A DNA stretch of 64,000 bases. Origin: Vicugna vicugna (Eukaryota). Below the pieces are notes generated by a model. The model did not search any database. It was given only the letters and a program-made list of their open reading frames with translations, and was not told the origin of the DNA. The stretch covers positions 2,849,319-2,913,318 of the forward strand of contig MU061579.1 of the NCBI GenBank assembly GCA_013265495.1, given 5' to 3'. Position numbers and translations under genes: made by a program. This document shows, piece after piece, positions 13,703-25,244 of this stretch (the stretch's first letter is position 1; the number at the start of each line of letters is the position of its first letter).

Positions 13703-13790
13703 GACTTAGAGATAGTGGATAATCTGCCCAAGCTCACAAATGGTGAAAAGTGACAGAACTGGAATTTAGAATCCAGAAGCTCGTCCCGTA
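13703..13790 (-). mobile_element. MIR fragment
   Basis: TAATCTGCCCAAGCTCACA...AAGTGACAGAACTGGAATTTAGAATCCAG matches the MIR antisense core. Confidence 0.7.
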
Positions 13791-15639
13791 ACATCAAAAT
13801 GTTTACGTTATTTTCTATTATTGTATTTTAGCAACAAGAGCAACAGACAGGAAGCTTATAGTGGTTAGTGGATACTAAATTCAATGATCTATCCTATTTT
13901 CGTCAAGGATATAGACATCAAAAATCGAAGAAAAGGGAAATCTTTGCACCTGTCCAACTAAGTCTACACTTCCACACTTTCTTATTTTATTTTCTGGAGA
14001 AAGCAACTCTAACGTGCATTCATAGAGTTACCCCAAAACTTACACAGGAACTTTGATTGCCTAAATAGAGGAGTATCTACATAGAGGTTTGAAACTGTCT
14101 GTCTGCTATAAAGAAAATCGCTGATGCTTGAAAATACAAGCACCAAAGAAAACACAAATTCAGACCCGAGGTCTCCAACTAGGGAGAAAGTGCAGGTGGT
14201 TCAGGCATGACGACAGCATGTTGGAGGGAGTTAAGTGTTTCTTAGGAATCAATAAAAACTCTTTTATTAAAAACTATTATTTGAGAAAATGTATAAACAA
14301 AACTAGATCAGGGTAATTTGCGTGCTGAAGCAATAAGCCCAGAGAAACTGTAAACCACCGTATTTGGAAAATAAGGAAAAGATTACCGACCAGATTAGAA
14401 GCATTTCCTTAGCTACGGCAGTTACCACCAGATGCGGAGTTCGAGGACAACTAGTATCTGAAATGAGAATCTTGTGTGCATCCTTTATATGTCGTGTATA
14501 AAGGCATGTGATCTACACTTGACATAGCTCCTCTTTATAAATGGCAGTGCAGTCATCTCTTTAGCAGTCCTTCCAAAGCTCTTAATAGAAAAAAGAAATT
14601 AAAAATAAAAAAAACAAGAAAGAAAAAAATTAGGATTACAGCTATACAGTTCCCTGTCTATTTATACCTGAGTGGGTTGGGCCCCACACGACATTAGAAC
14701 AGACAAAAGCTGGGAAGCGGTCCAATAATCTTGGAGATTTCTCCTGAGCAATTTTGTCTGGATCCGGCACATATTTCTCTTTGTGTAGTCATTTCATTGA
14801 CATAGGACAAACTCGACAGGTAACCACTATCCTTCTGACTATCAATTAATAAAGAATATGGGATTTATCTTTATATAAGACCACCAGCAACTTTTTCAAT
14901 CTCTGTGCACTACAGAAAATGTATCTCTAACACAGAGATTTTGATGACATCAACTCAGAGAGTTTTTTGCTAAGAGTAAAGGAATATATAAACTCACAAC
15001 ATTTGCACTAGGAGGCATTAATGTTAACACACTCAAAATTTACGCGATAGGTCTGACATTCTCCTCTCGTGGGTGTCTAACTCCCACACGTGGGTTTGAA
15101 ATCATCTATGCCAAAGTTGACTGCTAACTTTGAATAATTGATAATTGCCAATTTCTTTTACAAACTGGGATTTTTCTAAGCCTTTCCTGTTCCTCTATCT
15201 TTTTCCTTTTCCTTAAATCTGTTAGCTTCTCTCAAGGACTGAAGCAGTCAGGAGGTGAATGTTCTATCTTGGTTTAACTAGCCCCTTAGGAGTGCTTCAG
15301 AGGCAGAAAAAAAGAAGCATAAGACTCAGCGAAGGACAAAGGGAAAAAGGACTACATGTGGTGAAAATCAACTTCTGATCCCTGTTCCCTTGTGATACAT
15401 TATAACACACCTTACTGAAGACTAATAGAAAATGTCCTGAAAGTTTCAATTTCTATGCTCCTACTAAGCCACAATTCAGCTCTTAAAGATGCTGATAATA
15501 TGCTACAGAGAAAACACACAACCCCTCCAAAATTTTGGCACTTGTTGGGATGCGGTTCATTACTTTCTGCTGGTTAGGATTTACTTAGTCTCTTAGCAGT
15601 GAACGATGTTTTAAAAGTTTAGAATCTAAGACTAGAAAG

Positions 15640-16008
15640 ACACAAGATTTGCAGCAGCAGTTTTATTAAAAAAAAAAAAATCAGGCAACTATCCAAGCCG
15701 TTTTTTTGTTGTTGCTCAACAGAGAATTTTATTAAAGGCTTTCACTATAAATGTGGATAAATAATAATATTTAGCAAATGTACTTGAATTAATTAAAATG
15801 TTTGTTTGCCAGATATTTGTTAAGATACAATATTTGCAGCAGCAATTTTATTAAAAAAAAAAAATCAGGCAACTATCCAAGCCGTTTTTTTGTTGTTGCT
15901 CAACAGAGAATTTTATTAAAGGCTTTCACTATAAATGTGGATAAATAATAATATTTAGCAAATGTACTTGAATTAATTAAAATGTTTGTTTGCCAGATAT
16001 TTGTTAAG
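15640..16008. repeat. Direct tandem duplication, 2 copies of ~185 bp
   Basis: Copy 1 is 15640-15824 and copy 2 is 15825-16008. They differ by 3 substitutions in the first ~21 bp and one A in the poly-A (13 vs 12); the rest is identical. Confidence 0.97.
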
Positions 16009-17304
16009 TCTATGTATTATGAGGATAAAATTAATCTTTTTCATTTGTTACCCATAATCAAATAAGGAATTTTTCATTGTCTTTCTCTCCCTCTCGCTCT
16101 TTCTTTCCTTCTTATACGCACGCAACTATTATTCAAAGTCAATTAGAAAAATCCCTTAAGAAAGTTTTAACACAGTTTGAATTAGATGATTTCAAGTTTA
16201 AAGGTCAAAGTTTTTGTGGAGGACTTCACCCTTGATTTCCTTCCATTTGCCTTCATCTCAAACTGAAATCTGAGGAGCAATTGAAGAAAAAGCTTAGCGA
16301 AGTTTTAAACAAGCAGAACAGGAATTTGAACTCTGTTGCTGGGATTTTTTTTTTTAAAAGTAGTATGCTACTTTTAAAATGAGACATTCTCTGAAAAAGA
16401 TTTCTAGTATAAAACATTCAAGCTCGCTAAAATGATAGCAAGTCATTTTACATATCGACTTCGCGATGTTCGTTGGTTTCAATGGATACATCATCTCTAG
16501 TATCAATTTATTATGGCTCTTTCATGTCTGTTAATCAATTTAACTGAATTTTCTATCAGAGAGACAATTATCAATCATAGGTGTCCTCAAGCACTTGTTC
16601 CAAGATCAAAACCAACTGTTAAAAATGTACATGGCATTTTATCTAGGTGAGTACATTAATGTCATAGAACCCTGGAATATTAAATCTCAAGAGACCTTGA
16701 ACCAAACTCCCCTTAGTGTATGGATGTTAAACACAGGCAGATGGAGGCTAGGTGATTGGTGCAAAATTCCTAGGTAACTGGTCACATGATATGCCCTCAA
16801 AACAGGCTTCCCAAGTCCCAACCTACTGCAGTTTTCAGTATGTGAATTGGGACACCACAGGGAGAAAAATTTCCTTTTCCAATTATGTCTCTATTGAGAA
16901 ACTTAAGAAAAAGAGACAGATTGTGTGGAAATTAATCTTTACATAATATCTTTATTAGTCAATAAAACGCATTTAATGAATTTAAAAGCCAAGCCATTGT
17001 CTTCCAAAGATAGGTGGCAATTTTGAATGACTGATTATTTTTCTTTTTTTTAAATAAAAAAAATGCCTTAAAGGGACCTAAACATATATGAAATATAATC
17101 ATCTTCCTAAAACTTTAAATATAAGAACTTAAGACAAAATAAAATTACAAAAGGATGCAAGATTTATCATCAGCTCATTAAAATGTGTTGATAAATATAC
17201 ATATAAAACTATTAAAACTGACTGCTTATATGATTCTGTTACCAGTTAGAATCATTAAATGAGGAAAAATGTGCCCGGTATCTTTTGAGATTTTGGCTAC
17301 AGGC

Positions 17305-17492
17305 CTGTGGAACAAGAATACTCTTGGATTAATTAAGAGCTCCATCATTTTCTAGTCTTGTGACCTTGGACGTTTTTTAGGTCTCAAGCTCTCCATCTGA
17401 AAAACAGACAACATTCAACTATAGTTCTTGTAAAGATTAATAAGATATTTCCTATGGAGATCTTGGCACAGTGCTAAACTCAATAAATGCCA
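17305..17492 (+). mobile_element. MIR SINE
   Basis: TGTGACCTTGG...CTCCATCTGAAAAA...TTGTAAAGATTAA...TGGCACAG...CTCAATAAATG. Confidence 0.7.
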
Positions 17493-17954
17493 CTTATTTG
17501 GGGATTCGTCAAAATCAATTACTGAAACACTTTAGGAAATGTAACGCATGTTGAAGGCTAATCACTAGACACTACAGTCAGCAGGTCTGGAAAACAAGAA
17601 TGAGAGGAGACTGAAAGGTAAAATTATCCTCGTGGGAAGTAATCTCATCTGTAAAATCCACATCCTCAGGTGATCAGAGAAAACAAATGAAGTTTATTCT
17701 GATAATGACTAAGTGTGTTCACTTTTGCTTAAAGAAAGAGAACTGATGGATTTTAGAAAAACTATTTGTTCTCATTCCTTTATTGGTTTTGACCTACCAC
17801 CTCCTACTATATCACAGTTTGATTTCCACCCCTGCGCTACTGTTGCAACTATTCTGCTGTCGGACAGCTACACCTTCTAATTACCAAAGACAATGGACAA
17901 CTGATCTAACAGTACTTGCAGGCAGTGATGAGTGTCCTTCAATCTCTCCCACCT

Positions 17955-18115
17955 CAGGCACTTATCTTCTCTATGTATCAAATTTTCTTTTCTGTAATAA
18001 AGATTAAATAATGTAACCTCCATGAAAGTTATTTTTTAATTATTAAAGGAGTTAATGCTTATACAGTCCTTACACCACCTGGCATATTAGTAATTAGATT
18101 ATCACTCAGTATTAT
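17955..18115 (+). mobile_element. MIR SINE 3' part
   Basis: TTTCTGTAA...ATTAAAGGAGTTAATG...CCTGGCATAT resembles the MIR 3' half. Confidence 0.55.
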
Positions 18116-18239
18116 TGTTGAATGATTTCCTACTAAACTACTAATTGTTAGTTTGCCTCAAATCTCTTTGACCACTAACTCTGGCTGATCTTCATTCATA
18201 CAAGAAAAGGTAGTGAACCCTGAGGTTATGTTCTTACTC

Positions 18240-19495
18240 TTTTCTTTGTTCTGTTCTTATTTGTATCTGTCTCCCTAAGTGAACTTGCTTTTTAACCAGT
18301 ATTGCTGGTTGCCATGGATACAACTCCTCCATGCCCCATTTCACATACTCAAGGCTCTCACTTGAACTCTTAATCTCTATTTCCATTTGATTTCTGCCCA
18401 CAAACACCTGTATATATCACAAAAATCTCGTATACAATATGTCTAAAATTAAGTCATTGACTCTTGATCCAAACTCACTCTTCCATTTTATTAATTTATC
18501 ATTTAATGATAGAGTCATTTAAGTCATAATGTTTAATAATTCTTGTTTAAATTAACAATGATAATTATAACTAATATAAATTGAGTGCTAACTCTGGGTA
18601 TTAAGCTCTGGGCTTAATACCCACAAAAGTCCCAGGAGTTACACCTAATACATACTGTATTATTTTTCACATCCTAAAAAGACCTAGCTGCTAAGTTACC
18701 TACTAATAACCTTTGTCACTGTTTATTTCTGCCATCAACCCTTTCTTCAAACTTTTCTCTCAAATCCCTTTTATACAAGTTTTGCTAAATTTGTGTTTCT
18801 GAAATATACATTTGACTGTATCATTCCACTGCATGAAATGCTTCAATAACTTCATCCCATAACTTACACCATAAAATTAATATGCCCAGTAAAGAGTCCT
18901 TCACCTTTGGTCCCTGCTTATCTTTCTAATTTCATCCTTTCCATTCTTTATTGCTCCTCAGACTCCTGCCAACCAAGTAATTTCTATTTCCCTGGGTGTA
19001 TTATAAACTTTTCTATATCTGTGCTTTCCTTGCAAGGTTTCTTCTGCATAAGAAATCTTTCTTTTTCTCACATAATAGTCCTCAACGTTATAGCCAATAT
19101 TTAAGTGCTCAGAATATGTCACATTGTTCAATGCCCTTTACCTTGATGAATGCATTTGTCCTAAAAACAATATTATAAAGTAGGAGCTATTGTTAGCTCT
19201 ACTTTATAGCCGAGGAAACTTAGGTAGGAAACCTTAAGTAAATGTCCAAAGTTAAAGAGTTTTTATGTGACAGAATCACCCTGTCTTTCTTGGATATGGC
19301 TTCAGTCTCACTTTGATGACATACTAAGCTTTATGCTCCTTTATGGTTTTTCCATAGTGTTTAGGACGTATATCAAGTAACCTCACTATTGCATCTATGT
19401 GAAGTGTCTACCCTACCCTTTAAATTCTCAACAACCTTTGAAGCTATGGACTATGTTTTTTAAATGCATCAAATGAATGAATTGAATGAATATTC
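18240..19495 (+). mobile_element. Fragmented L2 with embedded antisense MIR pieces (~18560-18640, ~19100-19275)
   Basis: Pyrimidine-rich L2-like words (TGACTGTATCATTCCACTGC, GGTCCCTGCTTATCTTTCT) ending in a TGAATGAATTGAATGAAT tail at ~19473-19491. MIR antisense words include TTTATAGCCGAGGAAACTTAGG. Confidence 0.5.
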
Positions 19496-20189
19496 TTTTA
19501 TCCAAAACAGAATTTCCTTGGAGACTGAACCAAAAAAAAAAAAAAAAGAAAACTAGTTTGTACTAGAGAGAATATGAAGAAAGATAACATTCTTTATAGA
19601 AATTGGAGGGAAAAGTTATTAACTAAATGGTAGACATCTTACTGACCGTAAATGCTTGGTAGTAGAACACCGGATCAAATATTTTCCAATAGTTATGCAC
19701 TTATAAATGAAAGTTCAGGAGTAGGAGGTTGTCCTACTGTTCGTTTATTCTTGAAAGGGAAAATGATGCAGAATAGCCACCTTGACTGGGAGGAAGGTTG
19801 TATGGATCTTGAAAGTAGTCAAAGCAGGAACCATCTCATACCAGACAAACACTTAGTGCTGATGTAGGGCTGGTTCTGGAGCAACAGGGTATTCTGAGGA
19901 AAAGTTATGGTGAGGGTTCAAGATAGTACTTGGGTGAGGGGGACCCTCTGACTTATGGTAAGCAAGGCCAAGATCTGCAAAACCTAAAAAAAGTAATAGA
20001 TTGAGCTGAGAGAAAACATTCCACGAAAGGAGAATATCCAGTGAAATGACTGGAGAAGATGCTAGAGATGTAGTTTGCAGACGGTTCATAACCTGGAGAA
20101 ACATAATAAAAACTGGAAGTTAGGATGTAGTTGCTGAAAGTATACATTAATGAATTGGTTCAGTTTCTGAAAGTAAAAGGTTAAACATG

Positions 20190-20375
20190 AGATTTGGCTC
20201 TATTTGTTAGCTGTGTGGAACTTGGCAAAATAGCCCAACATTCTTGAGTTTTTATTTTCTCCTCTGTAGAGAAAATCATTGGTCCTTCTATATTGAGAGG
20301 TTATAAGAGTTATTAACGCATGACCTTAAACTACTTAACATGATGTATTACACAAAGTCAGTGGTCAATAAACAT
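20190..20375 (+). mobile_element. MIR SINE
   Basis: TTAGCTGTGTGGAACTTGGCAAAA...TTCTCCTCTGTAGA...GTCAATAAAC. Confidence 0.6.
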
Positions 20376-22093
20376 TGTTTATTGTTTATTGTTGTTGCTG
20401 GTTGTTGTTTTTTTTCAGACAATTCACTAATACATTGTAAATGTCAGTTAACATTTCTTTTGTGCAGAAATACTTTTAAGGGGAAAGTCTTGAGTGTACT
20501 GAGTATTTGAATCGTTTCTTCACCATTTGACAAAGATATAGGACCATGTTTCTACTTTTGTTTGTTTTCACAAAATCGTTTTGTTTCATCATCTTCTTCC
20601 CCCATTATTTCCAAGGTCAAAGAGAAAGGAAGCACCACAGCAAAACCAATCATGCACTTTAGAGTCTTCATATGTTCACCCAAGAAAGCTCAAAACTCTT
20701 GCCAGTTCCTGCAGGCATGGAGATACATTTACTCTGGCAAATTTAATACTAATAAATAATTATGAGATCAAGAGATACAATAACAGCGTGTTCATCTCAC
20801 CTATTAGGGAAGAAAAAGCAAGATGGTAAGTTTTATGAAATTCCTACTCTATATATTCATAAAATCATTTAGAAGAGTCAAATTGAAAATTTTAAATGTC
20901 ACAAAGACTAAATAGTAATAAATGAGAAATGATAATCCACACAGCAATGTAAAAGAAGACAATTGTGACTTTTTTAAGTGTTGCTAGAAATTCCCTCTGT
21001 ATGTCCATATGACTTTTATTGAAATAATATTAAAACAGTGAACTCACTGCCCAACAGTTGTATTCTTTTAAACATTAAAATGGAAAAACCCTGGGTCTTA
21101 TTTTAGCTGTATAATTTGTATTTAAATTTCAGAACACACTTCTGTCATTTTCAGTGTCAATATATCCTTACTATATAGTTACAAGATATAAAGAAAATAT
21201 GAGAATAGCCACTCCAACTTGGTGATAATCTGTATTTAGGAAAACGGCAATGAGCTAAACTAGAGAGAAGAATAATGAGAGAAGAAAAAACTCAGATTCC
21301 TTGGAAAATTATTGAAGATTTTTATTTAGTTTAATAGATCAATGTTTATTAACACCATTTCAAAGCCAACCTTAATAATTATGAAGTAGCAAAGGACTAA
21401 GCATATATAGCTCATTTCATAAGCTATATTGTAATTCTATATTGCTGAAGATGGAGAGGTGACAACATATATTTTAGCATCTGTATTGAATTCTGATCAT
21501 TTTTTGCTTAATCAATAGATGATGTAATTATTTGAAATCTCCACTTGCATTTTAAAATTTCAGCACATATATTGGCTGAATTTAGTGTGCATTGGAAGAG
21601 TTACGACTATTTCAGTTGTTGCTATGAATTTACAGGACCTAAGACAAACAGCAATTGAATAATTGCATCATTTTTTCCTTGTCATGGAACACTTTTCAGT
21701 CATTATCACCATCATCATATGGACATAGGACAAGATTTGCTTTTTTAAGCAATGAAACATGTTATAAACTAAAATGGAAACAATGATAACTTTCAAGAAT
21801 TAAAAATGTTGATCACTGAATGTTCTTCTCATTTGTGCTTTCATGTGCCTTCCAGTATTCTGCCTTGTATTACAGTTGTAACTAAAAAATATTAAAGTTA
21901 TCTATTCATTTTCTGTTTGGATTTATTTAGGACAAGATATTAATCTAGGCCATGTGAAGGAAACAAAGATGATCAACATAGAGTGTGGTAATCTGCATCA
22001 AAATTACAAACACAAATGTATCATTTTCCTACAAAACATTTATGCACACGCACAAACACAAAAACAAATAATTGTTTAAAAGAAACTAGCATT

Positions 22094-22236
22094 GGGGGAG
22101 GGTATAGCTTAGTGGCAAAGCGTGGACTATTCAGCATGCACGAGGTCCTGGGTTCAATCCCCAGTACCTCCATTAAAAAATAAATAAATAAATCTAATTA
22201 CTGCCCCTACCTAAAAAAAAAAAAAAAAAAAAAAAA
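22094..22236 (+). mobile_element. tRNA-derived SINE, camelid-type (Vic-1-like), with poly-A tail and TSD
   Basis: GGGGGAGGGTATAGCTTAGTGG (A box) ... GGGTTCAATCCCCAGTACCTCC (B box), then AAATAAATAAATCTAATTACTGCCCC and A24. Flanked by AAACTAGCAT / AAACCAGCAT. Confidence 0.9.
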
Positions 22237-22289
22237 CCAGCATAACAATTAAATCAATCATATTAATTATTCCTACATTCCTACAGCTT

Positions 22290-22480
22290 TTCATCCTAAG
22301 AGTTTTATTACTGTCTGAAATTATGTTGCTTCTTTGCTTGTGTCCGCAGGCTGGAACAGTTTCAGAAGTTCAGTGGCCTTATTAATCTGATTATTCCCTA
22401 TAATACCTACACTGCATTATAGCTTTAGATCAGTTTATAGCACATAATAAGTGCTCAATAAATATTTGTTGAATGAATAC
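22290..22480 (+). mobile_element. L2 3' end
   Basis: GCACATAATAAGTGCTCAATAAATATTTGTTGAATGAAT at 22440-22478 is the canonical L2 terminus. Confidence 0.75.
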
Positions 22481-24490
22481 ATGAGTTTTTTTGAGGATTT
22501 TAAAAAAATCCACATACAGCTCTTACTACAGTTGTGTACACAGTAATCCCTTATTATCATGAGCTATTTATTGATGTTGCTGTTATTTTTAAATGATTCA
22601 GAATGTTATGATCAGGGAAAGTTTAAAAGCAAGAGTGACATGTGAGCTTGTTCCTAAAGGTCAATGTTTCAGTAAACGGGGAGATGGGAAATTTAAGGCA
22701 AAAGAAACGGCAAGATGGACTCTGGATCAGAATCTCTGGAGTGCAGACCACATTGTATGTTAACATACTGGTGCTAACACTCAGGTAAAGAGGGCTTGCT
22801 TAAATATAAGTGGAACAATTTGAACTCGATCCTAGAGGAGCAAAGATCTAGCAACTTATAAATTCCTTGAAGGACATCATATGCCCCTTTATTCTTAATT
22901 TCAACCACCAGGACATAACTTCTGCCTCATTTCTTATACTACAAAGATGAATTTCAAAGCAAATGTAGGCTGGCTCAACCCTACCCTGTCAAAGATAAAT
23001 ACGCAGATTAACTAGGAGTTTTGTTTGCCAAAGTTCACCTCCTGACCAATTAAATCTGGCCCTGCTGCTCAGCGTGACCCAGGAAAGTGGCCGTCACTCA
23101 TGCTTGCTCTCTCAGTCTGTACGATTGACAGTCATATAGAACAATGGATTTTTTTTAAATCAAATATTTATACAGCAGACTATCGAAAAAAATTTCTAAA
23201 TACTTTTAAAACTCAAGAGGGTAAAATAACCTCATTATTTTTAAATACTGAAAATGTACAGGATCCAGACACACTGAGTCATATTAAGTATGCGCAGTTT
23301 ACTTGAATATTCACTTAATATGCTCTTAAGATCTCTATGACAGAAGCAAATATTTTCCCCATTTTTTTGAGCAATAGATTCAAAAGCAAGAGTAACAGTG
23401 CTATTGAAGTCCATGAAACACTTTTCCACGTTCAGTTACTCAGTCTCTGTATTGTTCCTACATCATCTATCGCCCAGAATCCTTCCACACCAGCTCAGTA
23501 ATAGTGACTGCAGCTAAAGTAAAGGAAGTGGGTCTACAAAGCACTTTATTTCCTTATTCAGTAAGATTTTTATGGAGAAAATGCAAACAACTGCCATTCA
23601 AATCAGATTATATATGCTTGACAGGTATGTAACCTTATATAAAATTAAATCCAACTCTCCACACTACAAATCTGTAAGGAATCAGAAGGGGATTTATATA
23701 AAATCTGGACTATTGTTGCATTCCACCCTTGAAGTCATTCTGAGTTAAAACAGGAATTTTTCCAAGACTCAAAGAAAAACTGTATTTTAAAAAGGGGATT
23801 ATTTTTAATCATTGAATACATCATTTTTATTACTAAGACTGGAAAAGCAATACATTTTTCCCACTGTAAGTTCACTCTGATGAAAGAAAGAATTCTCTCG
23901 CTTTCAACTCCTAACAAATGCCATATTCTCAAGACTAGAGGAATTATCAGCAGTCATTCCTTCTTCTTGATCTATGTTATTTTTCTCTAAATTATGTCAA
24001 GTGAACTTTTAAAGATTCAGGGAGGGGGAGCTTCATAATTCTTTTCCCTCAGCAAATTCTGAGGTGACTCCTTTAGCCTCGGGCTTTCTTTGTGGTCTTT
24101 TTCTTCCTCTCCTTTGTTTTCTGGTTTCTCATGCTTCTAGAAGTTGAGGGATAAGCTGATTATGCACAAATACATAAGGGTTATTTCTCTGTTTAACTCT
24201 CTTTTCCTTTTGGGTGGAACTCTTTAAGGAAATCCCTTGGCCTGCATCTCATCATTTATGAAATGTCTAAGTGTGCATTGATGTGAATATAGCAAGTCTT
24301 GTAGATTCCAGACCGTACTGGTGGGTGATGGGAGCCCCACCGACTCCAGTTTGCCATTATCACTCTGACTTGGTTGCACAGGGAAGTGGAGCAAATGAGA
24401 CAGCTGGGGCATTTTACTTTCCCAAGTGTTTTACTCAATTTGCATAATTTGTGTTAACTGATCTACAGGCATAATTAGAATGCCTCCAAC

Positions 24491-24660
24491 TTTTTTTTAA
24501 TTTAAGTATAGTCAGTTTACAATATTGTGTCAATTTCTGGTGTACAGCATAATGTCTCAGTCATACATATACATACATATATCCCTTTTCATATTCTTTT
24601 TCATTATAGGTTAATAAAAGATATTGAATATAGTTCCCTGTGCCATACAGAAGAAACTTG
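24491..24660 (-). mobile_element. 5'-truncated cetartiodactyl-type L1 3' end with TSD
   Basis: T-tract then AAGTATAGTCAGTTTACAATATTGTGTCAATTTCTGGTGTACAGC...GATATTGAATATAGTTCCCTGTGCCATACAG. Flanks ATGCCTCCAACTTTT / ATTCCTCCAGCTTTT. Homologous to the copies at 30371, 58192 and 62836. Confidence 0.9.
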
Positions 24661-25211
24661 TGGTATAGCCATTCCTCCAGCTTTTAATCATATTTTCATG
24701 TAGTTCTCATGGTCTTTCTGGACTCAACTCCACAATAGGGTCCTTAATACTGATGACTATCAGATGCTATCCTGAGGCAATTAACAACCACAAATGCAGG
24801 TCACAGAACTCAAAATCTTAGCGCCTCGTATCCTTTCTTCATAGGAGCCTGGGGGAATATCTTCATCTTGAGACAGACAGATTATTTCGTTTACAGCAAA
24901 CACCACATCAACTTGCTCATATATTTATTCCCATAAACTGCTAGAAGATCAGGGTGACCTAGCCGTGCCCTGACTTCCCTCTTGGAAGGACAGTACCAGT
25001 CTAGGAGCTGATTATCAAAGCCATTGCTATTTTTAATCAAGCTCTCCAGTGTTTCCTTGGCTTATTCTACCCCATCTGAATGAAACTCAGTCCCATAATT
25101 TATTCCCCACAAATCTCTCCTACACAGGAGCCAGTTCATGTTTGAGGGATTGAATTTGTTTTCAACTGACCGGCTAGGTTTTCAGTTTACTCTGAAGAAT
25201 GCACTGGGTGA

Positions 25212-25244
25212 GGCAGTCTGTCGACCTGCCGCAAGGGGGCGCAT
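25212..25244 (+). promoter_or_regulatory. Predicted CTCF binding site (core plus upstream module)
   Basis: Core CTGCCGCAAGGGGGCGCAT (25226-25244) fits CC(A/G)CNAG(G/A)(G/T)GGC(G/A)C. GGCAGTCTG lies 5 bp upstream of it. CpGs are locally retained. Confidence 0.7.

Noticed and set aside
14424..14440. CTCF-like CCACCAGATGCGG
   Set aside because: The conserved GGC at the 3' end of the core is missing.
22094..22172. Functional tRNA gene
   Set aside because: It has A/B boxes but also a SINE body, poly-A tail and TSD, and the cloverleaf is disrupted; it is a SINE head.
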